64,000 nt of DNA from Chrysomallon squamiferum (lineage: Eukaryota; Animalia; Mollusca): NCBI GenBank assembly GCA_012295275.1, contig CM022675.1:9300001-9364000 (forward strand), read 5' to 3'. The notes below the pieces were generated by a model that saw only the letters and a program-made list of their open reading frames with translations, was not told where the DNA came from and searched no databases. Position 1 is the first letter of the stretch, and each line of letters begins with the position of its first letter. Shown here in pieces: positions 14,915-34,920 of this stretch. The position numbers and the translations under genes were made by a program.

Positions 14915-15135
14915 ATCTGTGATATGAGACCTCAAATATTAATCTTTTACACAAGACCTTGAATATTAGTCTGTATTATGAGACACAGAATGTTAATTTT
15001 TGATGTGAAACCTCAAACATTAATTTTTCATGTGAAACCTTGAATATTAATTTTTCATGTGAAAACCTTGAATATTAATCTCTGATATGAAACCTTCAGT
15101 ATTAATATTAGTGTAAAACCTTGAATATTAATCTT
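14915..15135. repeat. Degenerate ~28 bp tandem repeat
   Basis: About 8 copies of TGAAACCTTGAATATTAAT-like units. Confidence 0.75.
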
Positions 15136-15562
15136 GCATTTGTGTTTCTTTGTAAATGGTTTAGTTTGAAAATGAATATTTTGGAAGGATTTTTATATTT
15201 ATATGTCTGTGTATGTGTTTTGAGATGTATTTATTTACGTTGAAACATAAATGCATTTGTACTTACAAACATATAGCATTATACCTAGACATACACATAC
15301 TCATACATCTACATATACCTCTATATATATATATATATATATATATATGCATATATCAACACCTATAAGCAAAATCCATGCAGACATTTAATACTGGTAT
15401 ACATAACACTATTAAAATTAACATGATATTTACTGGGAACTGGCTTGCAAAGTGTAAATGTATAATAATGATACATTTCCTGTACTTTGGGCAGGTGCCC
15501 AGTTCACACATAGGTACTACATCTTTCAAATGGGCCACTTCCTAACTAGGGGCACTCTTTGG

Positions 15563-15604
<42 letters not shown>

Positions 15605-16121
15605 ACGTATATATCTACATCTATATCTATATCTGTTTATCTCTCTCTCTCTCTTTATATATATATATATATATATATATTTGTTCAAAGTAGTTTATTT
15701 ACTTACTTGCCTTATTTTGAAAATGTATATGATCTATTTTCATTTTCTGAAAATTAAGTTTTGAAAAAAAAAAAAACTGAAAAAAGAAAACAAAATACCA
15801 GAAAATAACTGTATTTAAAACCTTTTATATCTGTAATATTTTAATTAATTAATTAATTAATTTATTTATTTATTTAATATATTTACATAAATATTATTAT
15901 TCATTTTTTTTTTTTTTCCCCAACAAGAAACTAATTGTTCATCAAAAACACAACAACATTCACTTTACGACGAACCAGGAAGTTCCGGTCTGTGTAGAAT
16001 GTTTCTTCTCATTGTGTTCACCCACCAGCCTTGTCACTCTTCAATGTCGATGTGTCACATCTGGTCACTTTTCAATGTCTCCGACAGTGCACACTTTTTC
16101 CCTGTCCCTCATTATCCAAAG

Positions 16122-16157
<36 letters not shown>

Positions 16158-19100
16158 TTTTTGAAAGCTTTTTTTTTTTTAAGTGTCAAAATGATAGACA
16201 GGTGAATGCCATTCATTGTTGTTTTATAAAATTCTAGCACCTCAGGTTATTTCATCCACACTTCCCCTATTCTCTTCCTCTCTTTTCTTCTCTTCCTTCT
16301 CTTCGTTTTCTTCCCTCACCATTTCTTGCCTGTCATCCTCCCAGTCTTGTCTTTTGTGAAGATGATTAGTGGCTTTGCTTAGCAGGGAGAGCACTTGTCA
16401 GTCAGTCTTCTTCTGATGGCCTAAGTGAAAGTGAACTCTTGTGTCCATGATGAAAGAGTGACCAGAGGTCAGATTGTGACCCGAATGTGGGTCGGGTCTT
16501 TGTGGGTTGTCTAACTGAAGATAAATTTGTTCTTGATTTTTGTTCCAGTTTAATAACGGAGTGATGTCATCTGAGGTCAAATTGTGACTAAATTGCAGTT
16601 CGAATTTTTTTTTCATGTTATGAATTATGTTTAATGGAAGGTTTTTTAAATATTTCTTTCTTTCTGGTTTTTTTTTTTGACTTTTTTAAAATTTAGAATG
16701 AAATGCTATTAAAGGTTGAATATTGTTTCTTGAATTTACCTCATTTTTATAGTTAAAAAAAAAAAAAATCATTTTTAACTGAAATTCAGTTAAATTGTCT
16801 CATTGTCTATAGCTTTCTTTTTGTAAAGTTTAATCAAACTGGAAGCCATTTTATGACTTAAACAGGTGTAATTTTATTATTAAATTAAATTTTAGGTCAG
16901 ACTGTGACACAGAACATATAAACAGTAACATATAGCTGAAGGTCACATTGTGACCTTAACTTGGGTCATATCAATGTTTATTGCAAGATAAAGTCAGATT
17001 TACTTTGAGGTCACCAACCTTACACTAAAAGCCAGTTATTAATCTGTTGATTTGACCTGTACTGTGGATACAATACAGATGCTTAGATGACAGAGTTCTA
17101 GCAAATTTTAGATAACTGGCAAAAGGCAAAGTAATAAAAAACAAAACAAAAAACAAACAAACAACAACAACAAACTCTTCTATAGTGGCTTAAGTTTGAG
17201 CATAAATCATGATTTCTTTCTTTAAAATGCAAATTAATTTCATGCATTTTTTTTTTTTTTGAAAAGAACTCTCATCTTTGTAGATCTTTTAATAAGAGAA
17301 AGATGTCATCAGAGGTCAAATTGTAGGTCATCTCTTTTGAAGAGAAGTCAGACATCTTACAACTTGTAAATCAATTTCTTAATTCTTTTAACAATTATTA
17401 TTATTATTTTTAAACATCATCTTGAAAATGTTTCATTAGATTTTATTATGAAAAAAAAAAAAAAAAACATTTTTTTTATTTTATTATTATTATTTTTTTT
17501 TTTTCAACTAAGGAAGTTCAGTTGTTATCTTAGTTTACACGAGAAATCTTTTTTCTTTTTCTTTCTTTAATAGCTTCCTGTGCCAGGATAAGAGAGCTTA
17601 ACATTACTGTTCATTAGATTTAGCTAAACAAAGTGATTCAGAATGCTGAGTCGAATTAATGGCAAATGCTAACAAAGCTACCACTTGGGGGGGACAACGT
17701 GAAGGTGACAAAAAAAAAAAAAAAAAAAGCTCGTAATTAATAATTTAATCAAAAGAAATTAAAGAAGATAAAAAATAAAAAGAGGCGAGATTGGCGCAAA
17801 AGTGTGACACGGAGATCGGAGAAAGATGAAGTATTTTCTCGTGTGTTTTTTAACAGATAATGGCCGACGTTTTTATTATTATTCTTTTGTCAGCTCCGTT
17901 GAGTTTTTGAGTTTGAGCTTCGAGTACCGAGATACTTGTAGTTAAGCACTTGTAACTCATGTACGCAGTTGTTCCCCTTTTGTTCGCGGCGTCACAAGGG
18001 TGGGCTGTTTGTCATTTAGTCAGCAGTGTGAGAAGGATTCGCTCAAGCGGAAACACAATTGAGAGCGTGACTCTGACTGTTTGAGACTGCTAAATTAGTG
18101 TTGTAAGGTGTGAACAATTAAGATTTTTTATTCTTTGTTCGACATGATTATTATTATTTTATTTTATTTTTTTCTTCCCCCCTCTCGCTGTTCTTTCTTT
18201 GTGTTATTATTTATGAGCGTTTTGTTACCATTGAATTAGATGAAGACAAAGATCGCTTGACTCTGAAGAAAGGAAATTTCTGTTTGTTTAAAGATTTTGT
18301 GAAGAGTAATTTAGTAGTTTTATTGTCAGTTTTCTTCATTTTTTTTTCTAGCAATTATTAATTCTTTTTGTTACCTTTTTTCTTTTTTTTTTTTTGTTTG
18401 TTTATGTTTAATGTAATATTTGTATTATTTTTTCCTATGCACATTTGTTTTTAATAAAAAAAATATAAACACTTAGAAAATATTTAGATATCTATATGTT
18501 AGCATTATCATTAATAAATATAAATATATTATCTTATTTTATATGGACACTTATTTCAATTTCTTATAAACTTTACAAACAGTTATCTGAGAATAAAATA
18601 ATGTCTTTATATTACTGTCAACAAATGTAATTATTATTTCTTACATAGGATTATATGTATGTGTGTGTGTATTTATTTGTGTGTGTGTGTGTGTGTGTGT
18701 GTGCGTATGTGAATAATAATGACAATATTAAATTACTTTAACAAATTCTAAATATGAAATTACTTTAACAAATTCTAAATATGAAATTTCCATTAACAAA
18801 TAATTATATATATTTTTTTTCATCAACATTTCTGTTAAAATATACATGCATTTGTTAAAAGAAAATTCCTATCCACAAATTTATCAACACAATGTTATTT
18901 TCAGGAAGAGTACAAAACAAAAAAAAAAATAAAATAAAATAAAACGTACAGTTTTATTTTTTTACACTTGTTAACGTAATAGATCTCACGCGAATGTTTT
19001 TTGTGCAGATGTCCAGAAAACAAGATTTTCAGAACGAGAGAACTAATATTGACTTTCTTTGTCTCTTTCTCTCTCTCTCGGTCTCTCTGTCTCTGTCTCT

Positions 19101-19425
19101 CTCTTTCTCTCTCAGTGTCAGAATGCTTCAAGACACAGCTGACACACATACACAGCTTTGGAATGCGTCTCTGCCAGTTCGGGGCATTGATTTTTGAACG
19201 TTCTTTCCGATATCAAGACACCGAGCTGATTCACCATTGGAGCATCTCTCTCGTTAAGACATGTGACCAATTCCGTCACGTTAAGCCCTCCACTCTCTCT
19301 CATCCCCCCCCCCTGTCTTCTCTCATAGTTCTCCGTCATCAGCCCAATTTTTGGTAAAACAAATATTAATAATAATAATACTAAATAAAAAAATTAAAAA
19401 AATAAAATTTCTTGTTTGTTAACAG

Positions 19426-26619
<7,194 letters not shown>

Positions 26620-26955
26620 GCTCGATTCTCACTCCCCGATTCTCACTTGCAGACAGGTACATGATGGCAAGAGGTGGGGAGGGAGGAGGGAGGAGAAGGA
26701 GGAGGACAGGGGGGGGAGAGAGAGAGGGGGTTTTGTGGGTGAGGGTGTGTACAAGTGTGTGTGTGTGTGTGTGTGTGCAGAAAATGTTGCCATGACAATT
26801 GAGATTGGCCAGGTTTATGTAGGTGAAGAATGAGAAAGAATTTTTTTTTTTTTTAATGTTTTTTTTTTTATTTATTTGTTTGTTTATTTATTTATTTATT
26901 TTATTTATTTATTTATTTATATTTTTTTGTTGTTGTTGCAAAATTGAAGAGTGAA

Positions 26956-26988
<33 letters not shown>

Positions 26989-27667
26989 TTTTTTTTTTTT
27001 TTAAGCAACAAACTGAAAGACAAAAATTTACGTTTGAAGTTTAGCGACGTTGTTACAGATCTGAGAGTGTTACTGAAGTTTAAATAAGATCTGAAAGAAA
27101 AGTGAGGATTCTGGGATTTCTGATTGGAAAGAAAAATAAGAATTTAAGCAATAGAAAAGAATAAAAGAAAAAGAAAATTATTCCAGTTTATTGATATTAA
27201 AATATTTGGTTTCTGTTTCAAATGCATATCAGAAGTATATGAAATAATTTATAGTTTAAAAAAAAAAAAAAAAAAAAAATTAAAATTAAATTATAAACAG
27301 AAACCGAAAAGTAAAAAGAAATTATTTGAAAAACAACAACTGCAACAATACAACAACAATAACAATACTTGAAAATGTATTATTATTGTTTTTACCAAAA
27401 TTTCACAGAAATTCCAGAATTCGTTCTCTTAAAGACAAAAAAAAAAAAAAAAGAACTGCAATAAAGGGCGACAACTCTACTTAATGTTTTTTTTTTTTTT
27501 TTTTTTTCCCCTCTCTTCTGCCTGGCCAACATTTTGTCCTTGGTAACTGGTATTATAGCAATGACAGTGATATGCAATTCTTACATACATTTTCTTTACT
27601 TACTGTTCAAAGTTGTCAGAATAAGTTTCGATTTTTCAAGTGCTCATTATGTATATTTATATATATG

Positions 27668-27720
<53 letters not shown>

Positions 27721-27912
27721 GTATATATACATATATATATATATAAACTATATTTGTCTGTATATTTTGTGAAAGCTGTATGTAATTTTTAAATGCTATT
27801 ATTGTTTTTTTGATTTAATCTTGTTTTACAAACAAATTGACGTGCTGACTTGTGTAAGGAAGCACATATTCCAAAAGGGACCACAAAAATATTATTAAAA
27901 AAAAAAACACAA

Positions 27913-27947
<35 letters not shown>

Positions 27948-28131
27948 AAATAAACAAAAACCTACGCATGTTGCATATATATTTTGATCATGTTTCATAT
28001 CATCCTTGTTATACATGCCAGCAATTTCTCATTCTCATTTGTTACCGAAGGTTTAACCTTCGAACACTATTATTCCCAAGTTGTTTTTTTCCTTCAAATT
28101 TTATTTTTAATTTTCATTTTTTAATTTTAAA

Positions 28132-28167
<36 letters not shown>

Positions 28168-29466
28168 TGTGTGGAAATGTTTCAGCTTTATAAAGTTAAT
28201 CAACTTGAATTTGAATGTTGTTACATTTATGTGTTAACTGTTTTGGTGTCACAGTGTTTAGCTGACTTTAATTGTACACTACCTTTCACACCTCTGTTTT
28301 GTAAATGGACTTGTCCATGCACTCTATGGTGAAAGGGTTAAACATTAAGGTTCGTCTGGTTATTTTTCTTCGGTTCTTTCTTTATTATTATTATTATTGT
28401 TATTATTATTATTTTGATATATATATATAAAAAAAATTATATAATCATTAGGACTTAAAATAAATTAAAAAAAATATTTGTTAATGTATTCAAATATTGA
28501 AATGACATTTTAAATTTTTTTTTTCATTTTAACTTTGCAATAATATTAATTATTTGCCAAATAACATCAAATTTAAACAAAAACATTTTATTATAATTAC
28601 ATATATATATATATATATCTAGATTTTTAAAAAGACATTTTCATTGTTATTGTAGTTTTTAAAAAAATGTACACTTGTTCTTCCATATGTCGTAGTATTA
28701 TCGTTTATACGTAGTAATAATCTTTCTAAGAAAAACCAAAGTTTTAATCCAAATTGAAGAGTATCTTATTGTGTTCATTGTCATTTTGAGAAGTGACCTC
28801 CATTATAATTCATGAGATTCTAAAATAGGGCTCAAATATCCAAATCCATGACTTATAATTTTACAGGTGATGTGGCTGATAATAACCCAATTCTGTAATA
28901 TTTTATTATTATAATAATAATAATAATACTGTGCCAATTTTTAGCCCCAAAAGTGTTCGTAATGTGCCAATTTGTGTATCTAGTCCCATGATGCATGTCT
29001 GTTTATTTATGCATGTGTATTTATTATGTTAATGATGCATTCTGTCTCCAACCTTTCACCCCTCCCTGAATTAATGGACTAGTCGGCTCGTTTATTAACA
29101 GTTTTTTTTTTAAAAACTGAGTTCCAGGGTTGAAAGGATGAAAAAAAAAAAAAAAAAAAAAAAATTAAAAATCATGATGTATAATTTAAAAAAAAAAAAG
29201 AAAATGTGTATTTTTAGTTATTATAAATTTTATTTTTTTATTTTTATTAATCATTCTGGTAATCCTATCTCAAAACAAAAAAATATTCATGTAAATTTAA
29301 AATGAATATAATTTATAATAGTACCAGTGTTTTGGCTTAGAACAGACCTTAATGTTGTCATTTGGACACCTGGTTGCAGAATGCATTACTATTACTATTA
29401 TTATTATTATTATTATTATTAATCAGATGTAAAAAGTATATTTAAATGTTTCAAATCAGATGAGAA

Positions 29467-29488
29467 ACATCTTTACCGGACAGTATTA
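29467..29488 (+). promoter_or_regulatory. Near-perfect miR-8/miR-200 complementary site in ZEB 3' UTR
   Basis: ACATCTTTACCGGACAGTATTA versus the reverse complement of miR-8 (UAAUACUGUCAGGUAAAGAUGUC, recalled): 21/22 pairs, one mismatch opposite miRNA nt 11. Confidence 0.85.
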
Positions 29489-29915
29489 ATTCGAAGTGTG
29501 GCCAAAAATCCATTTTTTATTATTGGAATGTGCCACATTTCTTGTCTTCCAAAGATAGCATGTGTGTGTGTGTGTGTGTCTGTCTGTCTGTCTGTCTGTC
29601 TGTGAGTGCATACATGTCAGATTGTTTTTAACTTTGAAATCAGTTTTAGATTATATTTTTCTTTTTTAAGGATATGATCAGAATTTAAAATGAAATTATT
29701 TGGGATTTTTTTTTGGTGCTTTCAGGCTAGGGTTTCTTGTTAGAAAAATATATTATTGGCATTTTGAAGTTAAGGATATTTTGATGATAAAAATGAGTAT
29801 TTAATAATAATAATAATAACAACAACAACAACAACAATAATGATGATGTAATTTTATTATATAAAAAATAATATATCGGTAATAATAACAAGAACACTAA
29901 AAACAACAATCATGA

Positions 29916-29946
<31 letters not shown>

Positions 29947-30146
29947 TCTAAACTTTTAAATTGTTTTAAAAAGATTATAACGTGATTGTAATAAAAACTG
30001 CTGACTACAGTTTTAAAAAAAAAAAAAAACATGATAGTGTATGCAGGTATGAATTAGTGTATGGAGGTATGAATTTGTACATATATTTGGATGTTTCTGT
30101 GTATGTATCTTATTTTATTAATTTTCATATTGTCTTCCTTCAATTT

Positions 30147-30245
<99 letters not shown>

Positions 30246-33223
30246 GAGAGTGAGTGTTACAATTTCAGTATTTAGAATGTCTTCCAGTGGCTTGAGAGTT
30301 GTCTGTATGTTGTTTTGTCTGTCAGTGCATGTTTGATGTTTTTAATCAATATATTGTTAGCATGTTAACACATGCTAAACATTATACGATATTCCACGCC
30401 AAAGCCAAATACTTGTACATAATTGTAGAATAGTTTCAATGTTACGTGTTAAATATTAGTCATTTTTTAATGTGCCAATTCTGATCGTATTACTATTGAA
30501 AGAAGTCCCAAATTGTAGGTGTTTCTGTTTTATTTTATTTACTTACTTACTTTTTATTATTATTTTGTTTTTTTTGGTTTTATTTTTTATTTATTTTATT
30601 TTATTTTATTCAATTTTTATATTTATTTTATTTATTTATTTATTGCTATTATTATTATTTTTTAATAAAAAAAACAGGTAATTCATAATTCACATTTTAA
30701 TTTTATAAAAATATCTTATAAAATCTGCCAATGTATCTATATTAAATCAAAACAAAATTAAAACCGAAAACCTGTAAATAAATATGTAAAAAAATATAAT
30801 AAATAAGTTGGGGAAATATATGTTTAAACTATAATTAAATAAATGCATGAAATTTAAATCTAAAAATATATTAAAATTTAAAAAAAAATAAAAACAAACA
30901 AACAATAAATAAAATAAATATTTTTTAATATAGTAAAAAAAGTATTGTTGCTTAATAATCATGCAGTATTAAATCTGATTGGCTGATTTAAATATATTTA
31001 ACAAGATTTCATTGGTTAGTACATTTATTGCTTAATTTAGAGGTTTTGTTCTTCTTGATTTGTAAAATTTATATTTAAAAAAAAAGAAGAAAACAACAAC
31101 AAAAAAATCATCGGTGTATTTCTATTTATTTGTTATTTTCAATGTGCCAAAATTCAGTTGCTCAAGCAACAAAACAACAGTATTCACAAATTGTCTTCCG
31201 TGATAATTTTATTTGTAGCTTTATTCTCTAGTCTAAAGTAGGTGGTAGGTGCTGTAGTGTTGTTTTTTTTTAAATTTATTTTAATTTTTAGCCTGAGTCA
31301 AAAATATGAAATTGGTGCTATAGTGTATATATTTATTTTAGCATAATACTCATAAAAAAGTATATATATATATATATATAGTTTTAATACTTATAAATTG
31401 CAAACATAATACTCTACATAATTGTTGATAAATAAAAAAAATTTCACTTTGATAATGATCATGGTTATGATGATTGATCATGGTTATGATAATGATGATT
31501 AAAACACTAATGATAATAATAATAACAATAATAGTAATAATAGTAATAACATTAATAACAATAATAAACATTAATAACATTAAAAAAGTAATAATGATAA
31601 TAATTTTACTGTGTGTTAGCATACTTATGGTTAACAAATTCACATAAAATTCTCAAATGTATCAGGTAAGCAGTTCTGTAAATAGTAATAATTTTATAAA
31701 AAAAAAAAAAAAATTCTAAAAATAAATCTAGCTGTCTGTCTTAGTAAAATATGTTTAGGTAGTAGATGTAAGTAATAACAGTGAAACATGTGCCAAATAT
31801 GTTCAAACTTTATATCTGTTTCAAATCAAAAACTGATTTTAAAATTATGATATATATATATATTATTTACATAATCTAGTCTGTACAAAATACATTATTT
31901 TTATTGTTCGTTTATTTGCAAAAAAGAAATTCTTTTGTTGTAAATTTGCAAAAGAAACAGTAGCGTTTACTATTTATTTACGAAAACAAAAGCTTTGCCA
32001 TAACAGTATTTGAGAATATGATCTTCCATTTTGTTTTAAGAAATACTTCCTTTTACATAAGTTGTACAATAACCTATTTCAGTGTACTGATAAATATATT
32101 TATATATCTGTAATTATATTCAGATTTTTCAAATTTTCAAAATTTATATTGATATAAAATCAAAAATTGTTAATAATGATTTAAATTCTTTATTGCTTTT
32201 TTATTTATTTTATTATTATTTTTTTTTTAAATCCCGAATAATACAAAATTTGGATTTTTATCCTTATCCAGGTGTGTTCAAAAGTATTTTGTGAAAAAAA
32301 AAAATATTTATAATGTTTACAATTTTAGCAATAGAATATAATGATTAATGTGTATACCTCTGCTGGTCTGAACAAATTTCAATATCCTAGAGTATTCTGA
32401 GTATTGATATCATAAAAGGTTATTTAGAGATTTACTGGCTATCAATTGTTGCTAATCATAAAGTTTGACAGTATTGCAAAATGCCCAGGAAAAAACATTT
32501 TTATTTCTCCTAGCTTATTTATTAATTAATAAAAATATTTTCAATTTGTTCACACCATTAAAGGTAGACATTAATAATAAATATTACTGTTATCATAATG
32601 CTTCCAAAATTACCCATGGTGCATTTTACTATTTGAATTTTTTCTGGTGCACTTTATTCTTTGTTGGTTTTTTTTGATTATTTTCTTTGAAGTGTGTTGT
32701 TGCTTTGTAAATATTTGCTCATACTTTTATATAAATGCATGTTGCCAAATTTTGAATGGGTTATTATCAGCCATTAACACTGAACCTCCATTTTATTCTA
32801 GTCAAAAGAAGAAAAACATATTTTTAAAAGAACTTTTATTTTTACTGTGCATAAATGAATAAATTATGTTTATGAAAAAAAAACTGCAGGATATATTTAC
32901 ATAATTATATTACAGCTTGGTTGCAATACAGTATTTACATAAATTAATAAATTACGTTTATCAGATATGTATTTTAATGCATAATAGATGCATAGGAATG
33001 TCAATATTTTTTACCAACAGCAATAAATTAATAAATTATGTTAATTATATTTGCAACTTTTTTGCATAATATCTGTTTTATTAGTATTTAGTTTTGGCCA
33101 ATTTCATGTAGTGTTAGTCTTGCATAATTTATCATGATGTCTTCCTCATCTGTTATAAACCTTTTGCTGCAGTAGTTGTTGCTGAATCTATTTTCTTCCC
33201 AAACAACATCCTCACAGATGTTG

Positions 33224-33242
33224 CAGTACCTTAAAATACTCA
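33224..33242 (+). promoter_or_regulatory. miR-12 site with 8mer seed plus 3' pairing (TDMD-like)
   Basis: CAGTACCT-taa-AATACTCA versus miR-12 (UGAGUAUUACAUCAGGUACUG.., recalled): nt 1-8 and 14-21 paired, central loop. Confidence 0.75.
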
Positions 33243-34603
33243 GTTTTGTTTTGATTTGTTGTTTAGGCTTGACCCAAACAGTGGGGTTCTTCTAAAAAAC
33301 CAGAGATTTATTTTAAAACGTGAGTTTTTGGGCATGATCCAAACATATGACTGGGTTGTTCTAAAAACAGCAGTTTTAAAACTGAATTTGTGGTTTAGGT
33401 GTTACCCATGTGTTTGGGTTTATGCTAAAACATGGACTTGTTTTTTTTAGCTGGAGTTTACAGGGTTGTATGCAGAAGTTAGAAATGGCATGATTTTAAA
33501 ACAGTATTATTTCTCAAAATCAAAACAGTTACATATTGTTAAAATTTTCTGTATGTGTATGTCTACAATTGTTTTTTTTTTGTTTATTCATTATTAATAT
33601 CATTATTTTAAATTGTAATATTGTAATATTAAAAAAAAACCATAATGTATGTTGTGTACTGTCAAAATTGTGTATATATGGTGTATATTTTTTTTTTTTT
33701 TTTTTTTTTTTTAAATAAAACAATTACGTTTTAATGATGTTAATTAAAAATATTATGATTTCTTTTGGTGCATTGTTTACTGCAAATCATGTTTTTATTT
33801 TTTTTTTTTTTTTTAAAGACATTTATAACTCAAATGATTGTAAAATGACTGGCTTTGTTAAAGTATTTTAAGACACAATTAATTAATTTGATTTTTAAAA
33901 CATCTTTTAGCATTTAATACTGTACGGAATTTCAAATAATATGTCCTGTTTTATATACATCATCAATTTAAACAAATATATATTTGTGTGTGTATATATA
34001 TATATATATTTCTTAACCACAGTAATGAAATTTTAAATTTTAAGATATTGCAAATTCAGTATTTTAGCTTTCTGAATTTAGAAATATTTGAATGTTAAAA
34101 AAAATAACGAGAGAAAAACAAAACAAAAGAATAAAAACATTTTTGTTTTTTCTAAAATCCAGTCAATTTATTTATCAATTACGAAAGTGTTTTTATGTAT
34201 CATTTTATTGTTTTTGGGTTTTTTTGTTTGTGATTTTATTTACAAATAACACTCCTCCGAATTTTGTGGCAAAAACAGAAAAAATAAAAAGTTCTGATGT
34301 ACTTATTACAATAATCATGTTTATAATTAACCAATTCCTATTTTTATTACTTTATGCATACATTGTTTGTCCTTTATAAATTTTTATGAATGTATGTCTG
34401 TCTATACGTGTATATGTAAATGTATATGTATATGTTTACATATACATACTTGTATATGAACTTAAGTCTATACATATATATGTGGACATATGCATATATA
34501 TGTATATGTATGTTGAAGTATGAATATATGTGTTTATCACGTATATATGATACTTATTATATTCCATATCGTCCCATATTCCAATACTGAAACAAAAGTT
34601 GTA

Positions 34604-34646
<43 letters not shown>

Positions 34647-34899
34647 CATCACTTTGTATTCATTCATAGTTTCAAATTCTAGATTACATTTAGCTAATTT
34701 GCATATTCATAATCGGCTCAAACATATTAGTTCGCAGGGAACTGAGTGTATTTTTGTTTGTTAGGATTTTTTGTTTTTGTTTTTTCTGTCTCATGACTGT
34801 AAATATTTCATATTAACCAATGTTCCATTTCCTGTTTGATTTTTGTTTTTTTTTTTTTTTTTTTGGGGGGGAATCCATAAACTGGTTTCTTCCTTGTCA

Positions 34900-34920
34900 G
34901 ATGAGTGCATAATCTAGTCA
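34900..34920 (+). promoter_or_regulatory. miR-279 site with extended seed plus 3' pairing (TDMD-like)
   Basis: GATGAGTG-cata-ATCTAGTCA versus miR-279 (UGACUAGAUCCACACUCAUCC, recalled): nt 1-9 and 13-20 paired, central loop. Confidence 0.75.

Noticed and set aside
18994-19357. ORFs just upstream of the first ZEB exon as an extra coding exon
   Set aside because: They run through a CT microsatellite, show no ZEB similarity and I found no convincing in-phase donor.
29430-29560. An antisense mir-8 gene (minus strand reads UAAUACUGUCCGGUAAAGAUGU)
   Set aside because: No star-arm complement nearby, so no pre-miRNA hairpin can form. It is better explained as a target site in the ZEB UTR.
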